From Oscillospiraceae bacterium (lineage in GTDB: Bacteria; Bacillota; Clostridia; Oscillospirales; CAG-272), in the NCBI GenBank assembly GCA_015064545.1, contig SVSA01000001.1, positions 1-62,854 on the forward strand: DNA of 62,854 bases. Reading direction: 5' to 3'. Both the position numbers and the translations under genes were made by a program. Shown here one piece after another: positions 25,394 through 35,144 of the stretch. The stretch's first letter is position 1; the number at the start of each line of letters is the position of its first letter. Under the pieces are notes generated by a model, which ran no database searches, was not told the origin of the DNA, and worked only from the letters and a program-made list of their open reading frames with translations.

Positions 25394-26221
25394 TTATCGG
25401 TGCAAACACCGGCCGATCAGCGAAAAAATCAGGAATAGCACCAGGCTGACACAAACAACACTGGCACCGGGCGGAGTAGAGATAACATACGACAGGATAA
25501 GCCCCAAAACAAAGCTGACAATCGGCAAAATGGCAGAAAGAATGACCACACCCTTAAAGCTTTTCATCACCCGCATCGCAGTTAACGGCGGAAAAACAAT
25601 CAGAGCCGATATCAAAAGGGTTCCCATAAAGCGCATACCCAAGACGATTGTGAGTGCTGTCAGCACCGCAATGACCGTGTCATAGAGCGCGGTACGGATG
25701 CCGGTGGCTCTGGCAAAGCTTCCGTCAAAGGTAATGGCAAAAATCCGATGATACAAAACGACATAGGTGGGGATCACAAGAACCGCAAGACCCACGCTGA
25801 GGAGCACATCGGTTTTGCTTAGTGTGAGGATACTGCCGAACATATAGTTGTAAATATCAATATTCATGCCGGTGGAGAGTGAAACGGCCATGACGCCGAT
25901 GGCCAGCGCCCCGGTTGAAATCATGGCTGTGAGGGCATCTCCTTTGAGTTTGCCCTTTTCGCTCAGACGTAGCAGCAGGAAGGCCGAAACGATGACGATC
26001 GGTATGGAGACGGGCAGGGGAGCAAAGCCGCAGGCCGTGGCGACCGCCAGCGAGCCGAAAGCAACGTGTGACAGGCCGTCGCCGATCATGGAATAGCGCT
26101 TTAATACCAACGTTACGCCAAGCAGCGAGGCACAAAGGGAAACCAGCACGCCGGCAATCAAGGCATAAACCATGAAGGTCAGCGAGAACATTTCACCCAG
26201 AGCAGAAAAGAAGGAGGTCAT
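25394..26221 (-). CDS. Metal (Zn/Mn-type) ABC transporter permease
   Basis: Start at MTSFFSALGEMF (26221), in an ATGA overlap with the upstream ATPase gene. The ORF-track start at 26308 would add 29 non-homologous residues. It is a polytopic ZnuB/MntB-like protein. Confidence 0.8.
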   Translation of the reverse strand: MTSFFSALGEMFSLTFMVYALIAGVLVSLCASLLGVTLVLKRYSMIGDGLSHVAFGSLAVATACGFAPLPVSIPIVIVSAFLLLRLSEKGKLKGDALTAMISTGALAIGVMAVSLSTGMNIDIYNYMFGSILTLSKTDVLLSVGLAVLVIPTYVVLYHRIFAITFDGSFARATGIRTALYDTVIAVLTALTIVLGMRFMGTLLISALIVFPPLTAMRVMKSFKGVVILSAILPIVSFVLGLILSYVISTPPGASVVCVSLVLFLIFSLIGRCLHR

Positions 26222-26919
26222 CGCACGCCACCTCCTCGCAGAGCCGTCGGAATCTGCGCCGAAAACTCTTCGGGAGACAGCAGGGCATAGCTGTCGTGGC
26301 GAAGCCACAGTACCCGTGTTGCGGTTCCCAAGGAGGACAGCAGATCATGGGATACCATCAGAATGGTCATACCTTCGCGATGAAGTCCCTCCAAAATGGC
26401 ATAAAACTCAGCCGTGGCCACCGGATCCAAGCCGGCAACCGGCTCGTCGAGCAATAACAGCTCACTTGCCGCACACAGGGCCCGCGCCAACAGTACGCGC
26501 TGTTGCTGTCCTCCCGAAAGCTCGGAAAAGGAACGGTTTTTTAGATGACCAATGCCGAGACGAAGCAGCTGATGCTCGGCAACCGCACGATCGTTCATGG
26601 AGTAAAAGGAGAAAATGCCGTGACGATTCATCCGTCCTGAAAGCACAACCTCCCACACCGAGGCGGGAAAGTCCTTTTGTGCATCGGTTTTTTGAGGCAA
26701 ATAGCCGATCTGCTTGGCCGTCAGTCCCTCACCGTAGGTAATGGTTCCTTCGGTTGGTGCTTTCAGTCCGAGAAGTGCCCGCATCAAGGTGCTTTTCCCG
26801 GTACCGTTTTCGCCGGCAATACAAAGGCAGTCGCCTTTTTCCACCGTAAAGGAAAGTCCGTGCAATACGGTGCGGTTGTCATAGGAAAGTGTCAGATTGT
26901 CGCACAGAATCTGTGACAT
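26218..26919 (-). CDS. Metal ABC transporter ATP-binding protein (ZnuC/MntA-like)
   Basis: Walker A GENGTGKST, signature LSGGQQQR, Walker B LLLLDEP. Confidence 0.88.
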   Translation of the reverse strand: MSQILCDNLTLSYDNRTVLHGLSFTVEKGDCLCIAGENGTGKSTLMRALLGLKAPTEGTITYGEGLTAKQIGYLPQKTDAQKDFPASVWEVVLSGRMNRHGIFSFYSMNDRAVAEHQLLRLGIGHLKNRSFSELSGGQQQRVLLARALCAASELLLLDEPVAGLDPVATAEFYAILEGLHREGMTILMVSHDLLSSLGTATRVLWLRHDSYALLSPEEFSAQIPTALRGGGVR

Positions 26920-26953
26920 AGGTTTCCTCGCTTCGCTTGTAATATCTACTCAA

Positions 26954-26982
26954 ATTATAGCACGGTTTGCGAATCTTGACAA
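26954..26982 (-). promoter_or_regulatory. Sigma-A-type promoter for the metal ABC operon (minus strand)
   Basis: The reverse complement reads TTGTCA-N17-TATAAT, with -35 at 26982-26977 and -10 at 26959-26954. Confidence 0.55.
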
Positions 26983-27032
26983 GTTGTTTTGAAAAATATC
27001 CGCGGCAAAATTGTTACTTTTTTCTTCATCGA

Positions 27033-27061
27033 TTGACAAGGCCGGTGTTTCATAGTATAAT
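27033..27061 (+). promoter_or_regulatory. Consensus sigma-A promoter upstream of the lipoprotein gene
   Basis: TTGACA (27033-27038), 17-nt spacer, TATAAT (27056-27061). Confidence 0.65.
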
Positions 27062-27094
27062 GGTAAAATAACAATACCTTTCGGAGTGAATAAC

Positions 27095-27739
27095 ATGAAA
27101 AAGTATCTTTCCTTCGCGCTTGCCATCGTGTTTTGTCTTCTGCTTCTTGCCTCCTGCGGCAAGGACAGCTTTGTACCGAATGGCTTTCAGCGCATTTCCA
27201 ACGACAGTGCCGATTATCGCTTCTACGTACCGAACGGCTGGATTTCCGATCTGTCAACCGGTGTAACCGCCGCCTACATTTCAGAAGAAGACCGTTCGTC
27301 GGTCAGCTTTATGGGCTTTGAATTTGACGATGCCTTGATTCAGGCAACCTTCGGCAGCGAGGCTCCGGACTCGGAGGTGCCCTCAGACAGCGAAGCGGTG
27401 ACAACCGAAAAGGTAACCGCCGATACCAACGATAACGACGGTTCGCTTCCTTCCATTACCTCGATTGATGAGTATTGGGCCTATTATGAGAAGAATTTTG
27501 CCAAGACCTTCTCGGATATGACATATACCGAGAAGGGCGAGAATATGCTTCTTTCGGGACTCAAGGCCAAAAAGTATGTCTATACGGCGACCGTGACCGG
27601 CGATTCCTATCAGTTCATGCAGGTGGTTACCATCAAAAACGGATATGTTTATATCTTTACCTATACCTCCACGAAGGACCTCTTTGAATCGCACCTTGAC
27701 GATGTGAACGCCATTCTCGGTTATATCGAGATCAAATAA
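27095..27739 (+). CDS. Hypothetical lipoprotein
   Basis: ATG at 27095, 8 nt after GGAG. Signal peptide with lipobox MKKYLSFALAIVFCLLLLASCGKD. No recognisable catalytic motifs. Confidence 0.65.
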   Translation: MKKYLSFALAIVFCLLLLASCGKDSFVPNGFQRISNDSADYRFYVPNGWISDLSTGVTAAYISEEDRSSVSFMGFEFDDALIQATFGSEAPDSEVPSDSEAVTTEKVTADTNDNDGSLPSITSIDEYWAYYEKNFAKTFSDMTYTEKGENMLLSGLKAKKYVYTATVTGDSYQFMQVVTIKNGYVYIFTYTSTKDLFESHLDDVNAILGYIEIK

Positions 27740-28911
27740 TGCGGAGCATGAACGATATTTATTTTGACAATAGTGCAACCACAAGGGTGACCGACCGTGC
27801 GGCGGCCAAAGCTGCTTGGGCCATGTCGCAGGTGTGGGGAAATCCCTCGTCGGTACATGGGAAGGGTGTCGAGGCCGAACGGCTGATTAGCGAGGCACGG
27901 ACACAGCTTCTTCGCACACTCGGGATTCGCCACGCCGGTATCGGACAGCTGTTTTTCACCGGAAGCGGAACCGAGGCCGATAATATGGCGGTAAGCGGCG
28001 TGCTGTACAGCAAGGCAAGACGCGGGACACCGCGTATCATTACGACCGATAGCGAGCATCCGGCTGTGGCAAATCCGATACGAGAGGCCGAAGCCAAGGG
28101 CTTTGAGGTCGTACGCCTTTCCACGGTGGGCGGTGTCATTGATCCGGCGGAGCTTGAGGCGGCGCTAACGCGGGATACCGTTCTGGTTTCGATTATGCGA
28201 GTGAATAATGAGACCGGTGCTGTTTATGATGTGCCGTCGCTCTTTTCGTTGGTTAAGGAGCGGGTTCCCGAGGCGGTTACGCATTGTGATGCCGTCCAGG
28301 GCTTTCTCAAGATCGGATGCGAGCCGCAAAAGCTCAAAGCAGATCTTCTGACGATCAGCGGCCATAAGATTGGCGCACCCAAGGGGATTGGGGCGTTATA
28401 CTGTGTCAACAGTCTTTTAACCAAAAAGATTCTGCGCCCTATCGTGTATGGCGGCGGGCAGGAAAACGGATACCGATCCGGAACTGAAAATGTGCCGGGG
28501 ATTGTTGCCTTTGCCGAGGCGGCAAACGAGCATTACCCGGTTATGCAGGATACCTTGGCGCATATTACTGCTGTCCGCGAGGCATTCATCGCGCATCTTC
28601 CCGAGGGAGTTATCGTGAATCAGCCGCGCGGAGACTATCTATCGCATTTGATCAGTCTGCAGGTGCCCGGTATAAAAAGCGAGGTTTTGGTTCGTCATCT
28701 TTCCTCGGAGGGCATCTATCTTTCGGCAGGCTCTGCCTGCTCCTCCAAAAAGCTTAAAACCAGCGCGGTGCTCACCGCCTTCGGCTTGACGCCCGCGCAG
28801 GCAGATACCACTGTTCGCATCAGCCTTGGTCGTGACAATACGGTTGAGGAGGCGATTGCGGTTGCCGATGCGATTGCGCTTGCGAGAAAAAGCTTAGCAA
28901 GAATACGATAA
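27739..28911 (+). CDS. Cysteine desulfurase (NifS/IscS family)
   Basis: IYFDNSATT, PLP-lysine SGHKIGAPKGIGALY, and active-site SAGSACSS. An alternative ATG lies at 27748. Confidence 0.88.
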   Translation: MRSMNDIYFDNSATTRVTDRAAAKAAWAMSQVWGNPSSVHGKGVEAERLISEARTQLLRTLGIRHAGIGQLFFTGSGTEADNMAVSGVLYSKARRGTPRIITTDSEHPAVANPIREAEAKGFEVVRLSTVGGVIDPAELEAALTRDTVLVSIMRVNNETGAVYDVPSLFSLVKERVPEAVTHCDAVQGFLKIGCEPQKLKADLLTISGHKIGAPKGIGALYCVNSLLTKKILRPIVYGGGQENGYRSGTENVPGIVAFAEAANEHYPVMQDTLAHITAVREAFIAHLPEGVIVNQPRGDYLSHLISLQVPGIKSEVLVRHLSSEGIYLSAGSACSSKKLKTSAVLTAFGLTPAQADTTVRISLGRDNTVEEAIAVADAIALARKSLARIR

Positions 28912-28945
28912 GAATCGTATCATAGAATTGACGGAGACAAGAACT

Positions 28946-30295
28946 ATGTGTGATTTTCAGGGAAAAACCGTTTCGGTCATCGGTCTTGGTATTTCCAATA
29001 CACCGCTGATTGGTTGGTTGCTCGACCACGGAGCAACCGTAACGGCCAGAGACAAGAAGAACTTTGAAGCCTTACCCGAGGCAGTGCGTGCGTATGCCGC
29101 GCGCGGTGTCCGCTTTGTGTGCGGCGAGGGATATCTTGCGAACATTGAGGAGGATATTCTTTTTAAGGCTCCCGGCCTCCGATACGATCTGCCTCCTCTT
29201 GTCAAAGCGGTGGAACGAGGTGCTGTGCTGACCTCCGAAATGGAGCTGTTTTTTTCGCTTTGTCCCTGTCGGATCATCGGCGTGACCGGCTCCGATGGTA
29301 AAACTACCTCAACCACGTTGATATATCGCTGTCTTGCCGCCGAATACGGCGAGGATAAGGTTTTTGTCGGCGGTAATATCGGAAAGCCCTTGTTGCCTGA
29401 GTTGTCGAAAATGGACGAGAGCTGCTTTGCGGTGGTTGAGCTTTCGAGCTTCCAGTTGCATACCATGCATCATTCTCCCGATATTTCCTTGATCACAAAT
29501 CTTTCGCCGAATCATCTCGATTATCACATCGATATGGAGGAGTATATCTCGGCGAAAACCAATATTTACCGCCATGCCAAGCCGGGCTCTGTCGTTGTGT
29601 TGAACGGACAGAATCCCGTAACCGCTTCGCTGGGATCGGATGCCCCTGAGGGCGTAACGGTGCGTCATTTTTTAAGCGGCGAGGCGTTTGTTCGTGACGA
29701 ATGGATTTGGTACGAGGATGAACCGATTCTGAAGCTTTCGGATATTTTGATTCCGGGATGGCATAATGTCGAAAATTATTGTGGCATCCTCTGTGCGCTT
29801 CATGGCTTGGTTTCTAAGGAAACGATCGTTTCGGTGGCCCAAAGCTTTGGCGGTGTCGAGCATCGCATTGAGCTGGTCCGTGTCAAAGACGGTGTTTCGT
29901 ACTATAATAGCTCCATTGACTCCAGCCCGACGCGTACCACAGCGGCACTGGCTGCGTTTGACCGCCGGGTAATCGTGATTGTGGGCGGTTATGACAAGCA
30001 GATTCCGTTTGAGCCCTTGGCGAAGCCGCTTTGTGAGAGGGCGAAAACCGTTGTTCTTACCGGCGCGACAGCGCCGAAAATCAAGGCGGCGTTGCTTTCA
30101 TCGCCGTATTATCGGGAGGGCGCACCGCATATGATCGAGGAACCCGAGTTCCGTGCGGCGGTGTTGGCGGCCTCGCAAGCGGCAGAGAAGGGGGATGTTG
30201 TGCTTTTGTCTCCTGCCTGTGCCAGCTTCGATGCCTTTCCCAATTTTGAGGTGAGAGGCAATACCTTTAAGGAGATTGTTCATGCTTTACCGTAA
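28946..30295 (+). CDS. murD: UDP-N-acetylmuramoylalanine--D-glutamate ligase
   Basis: GKTVSVIGLGISN, P-loop GVTGSDGKTTSTT, GGVEHR. The ATG at 28946 is preferred to the ORF-track TTG at 28928. Confidence 0.9.
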   Translation: MCDFQGKTVSVIGLGISNTPLIGWLLDHGATVTARDKKNFEALPEAVRAYAARGVRFVCGEGYLANIEEDILFKAPGLRYDLPPLVKAVERGAVLTSEMELFFSLCPCRIIGVTGSDGKTTSTTLIYRCLAAEYGEDKVFVGGNIGKPLLPELSKMDESCFAVVELSSFQLHTMHHSPDISLITNLSPNHLDYHIDMEEYISAKTNIYRHAKPGSVVVLNGQNPVTASLGSDAPEGVTVRHFLSGEAFVRDEWIWYEDEPILKLSDILIPGWHNVENYCGILCALHGLVSKETIVSVAQSFGGVEHRIELVRVKDGVSYYNSSIDSSPTRTTAALAAFDRRVIVIVGGYDKQIPFEPLAKPLCERAKTVVLTGATAPKIKAALLSSPYYREGAPHMIEEPEFRAAVLAASQAAEKGDVVLLSPACASFDAFPNFEVRGNTFKEIVHALP

Positions 30296-31178
30296 ACCCG
30301 ATGCTTATTCGGTGCTGTCCTCGCTTCTTCGTCCGCGCAAGGAGCGCTCCCATAAAGGCACCTATGGCACGTTGACCGTGATTGCAGGATCGGCCAACTA
30401 TCGCGGGGCTGCCTCGCTTGCCGTTTCGGCTGCGCTTCGTTGCGGCGTCGGTCTGGTTCGGTTGGCCTCGACCGAGAGGGTTATTGCCTCGGTGTCGGCC
30501 AAGCAGGACGAGCCGATCTATCTTCCGCTTGCCGAAACCGAAACGGGCAGTATTTCGGCAGAGGATCTTCGCCGACACATGCCGCAACTGTCCTCTTCGG
30601 GCGCGATTCTTGTCGGCTGCGGTATGACCGACTGTCCCGATACTGCCAAAATTGTAGCCACGGTGCTTCGCCGTGCCGAGCATACCGTGATTTTGGATGC
30701 GGATGCATTGAACGCACTTTCTCACGATCTATCTCTTTTGTCAGAAGCAAAACAGCCTCCGATACTCACGCCGCATATCGGTGAAATGGCGAGGTTGACC
30801 GGATTGTCTGTGGAAGAAATTCAAAAGAATCGCGAAACAGTAGCAAGAGAGTTCGCACAAGAGCATAATGTTCTCTTAATCTTGAAGGATTCCCTGACGC
30901 TGGTGGTTTCTCCGAGTGGTGAAATGAGAAGCTACGATTTTCCCAATTCGGGCTTGGCAAAGGGAGGAAGCGGCGATGTGCTTGCCGGTATTCTCGGTTC
31001 GCTTGCCGCCCAAGGATTCTATAAAATAACAGTGGCCTCGGATCTTGCCGTCATCCTTCATGTTCTGGCCGCGCAAGAGGCGGCGGAGCATCTGAGCGAG
31101 ACGGCTATGTTGCCAAGTGATGTGGTGTCGGCGCTGCCGGCTGTATTTTCGGAAGTTCAAAGGAGGAATGAATCATGA
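30282..31178 (+). CDS. nnrD: ADP-dependent NAD(P)H-hydrate dehydratase (YjeF C-terminal type)
   Basis: HKGTYGTLTVIAGSANYRGAASLA, TPHIGEMARL, GSGDVLAG. The ATG at 30282 is 7 nt after AAGGAG. Confidence 0.85.
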   Translation: MLYRKPDAYSVLSSLLRPRKERSHKGTYGTLTVIAGSANYRGAASLAVSAALRCGVGLVRLASTERVIASVSAKQDEPIYLPLAETETGSISAEDLRRHMPQLSSSGAILVGCGMTDCPDTAKIVATVLRRAEHTVILDADALNALSHDLSLLSEAKQPPILTPHIGEMARLTGLSVEEIQKNRETVAREFAQEHNVLLILKDSLTLVVSPSGEMRSYDFPNSGLAKGGSGDVLAGILGSLAAQGFYKITVASDLAVILHVLAAQEAAEHLSETAMLPSDVVSALPAVFSEVQRRNES

Positions 31179-31693
31179 AGCTTTTGATAGCGTCGGATAT
31201 TCATGGATCCGCTTACTATTGTCGCAAGCTCCTCGGTATTTTTAACGCCGTACAGCCAGACCGTATGCTGCTTCTTGGGGATCTGTTGTATCATGGCCCT
31301 CGCAACGATCTGCCGCGCGAGTACAATCCCAAGGACGTGATCACAATGCTGAACGCGATAGCAGACAAGCTTCTTTGCGTACGAGGAAACTGCGAGGCTG
31401 AGGTGGATCAGATGGTGCTGGCTTTTCCGATTATGGCAGAATATGCAGTGCTGTATGACGGCGACCGCGAGTTGTTCGCTTCTCACGGACACCATATAAC
31501 GCCGGAGAATCCGCCGGCATTACCGTCAGGCGCTGTTCTTCTCGGTGGTCACACGCATGTTGCCGAGGACAGAGATTGCGGACATTTCCGTTATTTGAAT
31601 CCAGGCTCGGTCTCGATTCCCAAGGGGGGAACCGAGCGCGGCTGTCTTCTCTATGAAAACGGACAGTTTACCTCAATTTCTTTGGAGGACTGA
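31175..31693 (+). CDS. yfcE: YfcE/MJ0936-family metallophosphodiesterase
   Basis: MKLLIASDIHGS, LGDLLYHGPRN, VRGNCE, GHTH. Confidence 0.85.
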   Translation: MKLLIASDIHGSAYYCRKLLGIFNAVQPDRMLLLGDLLYHGPRNDLPREYNPKDVITMLNAIADKLLCVRGNCEAEVDQMVLAFPIMAEYAVLYDGDRELFASHGHHITPENPPALPSGAVLLGGHTHVAEDRDCGHFRYLNPGSVSIPKGGTERGCLLYENGQFTSISLED

Positions 31694-31707
31694 GAAGGAG
31701 ATTTGTG

Positions 31708-32232
31708 ATGTCACAAGATATGATTGAGCTTTTAAAAAGCCGCCGCAGTATCCGTTCGTTTGAGGATCGACCGATTCCCGAGGATATATTGCGTACCATC
31801 ACCGAAACGGCTCTGTATGCTCCCTCGGCGATGAATCGTCAGAGCTGGCATTTTGTCGTGATGACCGATCGCACCGAGCTGGATACCTTGGCCGGGCTGG
31901 TCAAAGATCGCCTGAAGCTTGACGATCGTTATCGCTTTTACCACTGTCAGGCCTTGATTCTGGCATCTAACGATCCGGTCGAAAACCCAATGGCGGTTGA
32001 CGACTGCGCTTGTGCGCTTCAAAACATTTTTCTGGCGGCACATGCTCTCGGTGTCGGCTCGGTGTGGATCAACCAGCTTCGCCATGTTTGCGATGATCCC
32101 GAGATCCGTGCCATGCTGACAGCGATAGGAGTTCCGCCGCATCATGCGGTGTACGGCGCCGCAGCACTGGGATATCCACGCAAGCCGCCGCAAGAAAAAA
32201 CGATCCGTTCGGATCGCATTATCTATCGCTGA
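31708..32232 (+). CDS. Nitroreductase family protein
   Basis: LLKSRRSIRSF and SAMNRQSWHF motifs. The ATG is 7 nt after AAGGAG. Confidence 0.85.
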   Translation: MSQDMIELLKSRRSIRSFEDRPIPEDILRTITETALYAPSAMNRQSWHFVVMTDRTELDTLAGLVKDRLKLDDRYRFYHCQALILASNDPVENPMAVDDCACALQNIFLAAHALGVGSVWINQLRHVCDDPEIRAMLTAIGVPPHHAVYGAAALGYPRKPPQEKTIRSDRIIYR

Positions 32233-32290
32233 TTCTCAAAAAATATTTGCTGATCGGAAACAGACGCTGGCGCGTCATGCTTGAATCAAA

Positions 32291-32324
32291 CCGGGTACCT
32301 GCGGCAGATGCCACAGGTACCCGG
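32291..32324. terminator. Hairpin terminator between convergent genes
   Basis: 11-bp stem ccgggtacctg / caggtacccgg with a 12-nt loop, followed by ctgtttta. Confidence 0.65.
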
Positions 32325-32348
32325 CTGTTTTATGCTCGCATGGTAAAA

Positions 32349-33008
32349 TTATCTTGCCATCGCACGTAAAAATGAGAGGACATCCGCTTCTGTTTTGATA
32401 AAATAACGGCAGATACGCCGAAGCTCGTCCTCTGCCTCGGCATTTTCAGCGTCATACATCCCGACAACCGTCAGGCCGCCTTGATAAGCGGAGGTAGCAG
32501 CATGAACCATATCCTCAAAAACCAAAGTGTCGCTCGGTTTCGTGTCAAGACGCTTGGCACAGGTAAGGAAAAAATCGGGAGTGGATTTCGTTAACCCAAG
32601 CGTTTTACAGGAGTGGATTTCGCAAAAATACGGGAGGATACCGAGACGCGCCAACAGCGGCTCGACCACTTCCTTATCCGAGGCTGTTCCGACAGCCATA
32701 CGAATACCGTATGCCGAGAGGGCAGAGAGTATTTCGGGAATAAAGGGCTTGAGAACGGCTTCGTTCATGAAGTAATCGTAGGCGATAGCGTTAAGACCGT
32801 CGGTTATGGCCTCGGGAGAGTCCGAAAGAGGATAGTGCTTCTTAATAAAGTGGCCGCTTTCGTGGATCGGAAGAATCTTCATGACTTCGGCGAGATTGGG
32901 CTCTGCTTCGATGCCTCGCGCGGCCAAATACCGTTCGCCGCAATGATTCCACATTCCCATTGTATCGACAAGGGTTCCGTCAACATCAAAGATTGCACCG
33001 TGTATCAT
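32349..33008 (-). CDS. HAD-superfamily hydrolase (beta-phosphoglucomutase-like subfamily IA)
   Basis: Motif I IFDVDGTLVDT, motif II GTAS, and a C-terminal acidic motif FEDMVH. Confidence 0.85.
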   Translation of the reverse strand: MIHGAIFDVDGTLVDTMGMWNHCGERYLAARGIEAEPNLAEVMKILPIHESGHFIKKHYPLSDSPEAITDGLNAIAYDYFMNEAVLKPFIPEILSALSAYGIRMAVGTASDKEVVEPLLARLGILPYFCEIHSCKTLGLTKSTPDFFLTCAKRLDTKPSDTLVFEDMVHAATSAYQGGLTVVGMYDAENAEAEDELRRICRYFIKTEADVLSFLRAMAR

Positions 33009-33658
33009 ATGGTCCCTCCGGTGATGTCTTTCAGATCCTCGGGTGTTCCTTCCCAGATTAAAAGCAGCGTGCCGTGAGAAACCGAAATCACGGTCTCGGT
33101 ATCTTCAACAAAGGCATTGCTGACACCGAGCGGAAAACGGTTGGTCAACGAAATGGCGTCGGTGGGATATTTGGCGCCCGATAGGGTAATCCCTTCCGCC
33201 GTATCACCGAAGGAAAAGACCGAAAAGATACCACGGCAATGGCGGTGAAAAACAGCGGTGCCATCGGTCAGAAGGGTAGCGGTTTGGCTGTCACCGACCA
33301 AAAAAGCCCGCGCACCGTTCGCTTCGGCATAGCCAAGCGCCTGAAGATTGGCAATCGTATGATCGAGGCGCCCGCCAAGACCGCCCGACAGATACAGCCG
33401 GCGATAACCGCGGGCAAGAGCCTCCTTGATCGCCAGCATGGTGTCAGTGTCATCCTTTTCGACCGGAAAGGTGAGGGTTTCGATGCCCTCTCGGTGCGGC
33501 GATGAAGGAAGCGAATCAAAATCGCCGAGAATCAGGTTCGGCGTGACACCAATGGCCTCAAGCTTGGCCAGGCCGCCGTCGGCGGCAATCAAAAAGGCAT
33601 CGTTGCGGTAATAGATGCCGGTGGGGCCGGCGGCAACAATGCAACATTCGTTTTTCAT
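33005..33658 (-). CDS. thiN: Thiamine diphosphokinase
   Basis: Start at MKNECCIVAAG (33658) after AAGGAG. Motifs: ILGDFDS, KDDTDTMLA, GGLGGRLDHT. The ORF-track start at 33826 would add 56 unrelated residues. Confidence 0.85.
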   Translation of the reverse strand: MKNECCIVAAGPTGIYYRNDAFLIAADGGLAKLEAIGVTPNLILGDFDSLPSSPHREGIETLTFPVEKDDTDTMLAIKEALARGYRRLYLSGGLGGRLDHTIANLQALGYAEANGARAFLVGDSQTATLLTDGTAVFHRHCRGIFSVFSFGDTAEGITLSGAKYPTDAISLTNRFPLGVSNAFVEDTETVISVSHGTLLLIWEGTPEDLKDITGGTI

Positions 33659-33762
33659 GGCGGGAACTCCTTTCATAAGCAGGAAACATGAATCAGTATA
33701 GCATGAAGCCGTAAAAAAAACAAGTCCCAAGGGATCATTTTTTGAATGAATCGGAATTTCTC

Positions 33763-33791
33763 TTGCTATCTTACGAAAAATATGATATGAT
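33763..33791 (+). promoter_or_regulatory. Sigma-A-type promoter of pepT
   Basis: TTGCTA-N17-TATGAT with TGa directly upstream of the -10. This places the transcription start downstream of the ORF-track ATG at 33795. Confidence 0.5.
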
Positions 33792-33824
33792 AGTATGAGT
33801 TCCGAAAAAGAAAGGATAATTTTC

Positions 33825-35051
33825 ATGCGTGCTTTTGAGCGTTTCCTAACGTATATTACCTATCACACAACCTCATCCGAAGCCAACGGCACCACCCCCA
33901 GTACCGACATCCAAAAGGTATTGGGACAAGCGCTGGCAGAAGAACTGATCGCGCTCGGGTGCGAAAATGCCGTCCTCGATCCCTTAGGGTATGTGTATGC
34001 TTCACTTCCGGCAACCCCCGGCTGCGAGACGGTACCACCGATCGGCTTTATTGCTCATATCGATACTTCTCCCGAATGCGAGGGCTGCGGTGTTAAGCCT
34101 CAGATCATTGAGCATTACGACGGAGGCGATGTTGTCCTCGGCGAGAGCGGTCGTGTTCTACGCGTTGTCGATTTTCCCCATCTGCCGTCACTTGCCGGAC
34201 GTACGCTGATTACTACCGACGGTACCACGTTGCTTGGCGCCGACGATAAGGCAGGCATTGCCGCGATCATGACATTGGTAGAGCGTTTGATGTCCGATCA
34301 GCTGCCGCACGGCAAAATCTGTATTGCCTTTACCCCCGACGAAGAAATCGGTGAAGGAGCCGATCATTTTGATGTGGAGCGCTTTGGCGCAGTCTACGGC
34401 TATACGGTGGATGGCGGCGTTGAGGGTAGCGTAGAATATGAAAACTTTAATGCCGCAGGGGCCGATATTACGATTCGCGGCTTCTCGGTGCATCCCGGCT
34501 CCTCCAAGGATACAATGATCAATGCCGCTTTGGTGGCAATGGCCTTTAATGCCATGCTGCCCTCAGCCGATATTCCCCGTCATACCGATGGCTACGAAGG
34601 CTTTTTCCATTTGACGGCAATGGAGGGTTGCGTCTCGGAGGCAAAGCTGCATTACATTATCCGCGATCACGATGCCGATGCCTTTCTTTGCCGCGAAAAG
34701 CTTCTTCGCCATGCCGCTGCCGTGCTGAACGAGCAATACGGTGCGGGGACCGTTACGGTGGAATGGAAGGAGCAGTATCGCAATATGGCAGAAAAGGTTC
34801 TTCCGCACCGCCATATCGTCGACCGTGCGCTCCGGGCCTCGGAGGCCGCTGGTGCGGTTCCGACGGTGTGTCCGATTCGCGGCGGCACCGACGGCGCGCG
34901 TCTCAGCTTTATGGGCCTGCCTTGTCCGAACCTCGGCACAGCGGGCTATGCCTTCCATGGGCCGTATGAGCATATAACGGTTGAGGGCATGGATACCGTT
35001 ACCGAAATTCTTCTTGCTCTCGTCAAGGAATATGTTGACTCAAATGCGTGA
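33825..35051 (+). CDS. pepT: Peptidase T (tripeptide aminopeptidase, M20B)
   Basis: MRAFERFLTYITYHTTS, FIAHIDTSPE, GADDKAGIAAIM, TPDEEIGEGA. Confidence 0.92.
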   Translation: MRAFERFLTYITYHTTSSEANGTTPSTDIQKVLGQALAEELIALGCENAVLDPLGYVYASLPATPGCETVPPIGFIAHIDTSPECEGCGVKPQIIEHYDGGDVVLGESGRVLRVVDFPHLPSLAGRTLITTDGTTLLGADDKAGIAAIMTLVERLMSDQLPHGKICIAFTPDEEIGEGADHFDVERFGAVYGYTVDGGVEGSVEYENFNAAGADITIRGFSVHPGSSKDTMINAALVAMAFNAMLPSADIPRHTDGYEGFFHLTAMEGCVSEAKLHYIIRDHDADAFLCREKLLRHAAAVLNEQYGAGTVTVEWKEQYRNMAEKVLPHRHIVDRALRASEAAGAVPTVCPIRGGTDGARLSFMGLPCPNLGTAGYAFHGPYEHITVEGMDTVTEILLALVKEYVDSNA

Positions 35052-35144
35052 TGATCTTGTCTGCCGGATGTGAGCGGAGGCTCCCCGACGGACATTACAT
35101 CCGTTTTTCCCGAACCCGATTATCAATTTGAAAGAAGAAGTTAT

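Noticed and set aside
26172-26741. 189-aa plus-strand ORF opposite the ABC ATPase gene
   Set aside because: It is an antisense shadow. The minus-strand frame carries Walker A, signature and Walker B motifs.
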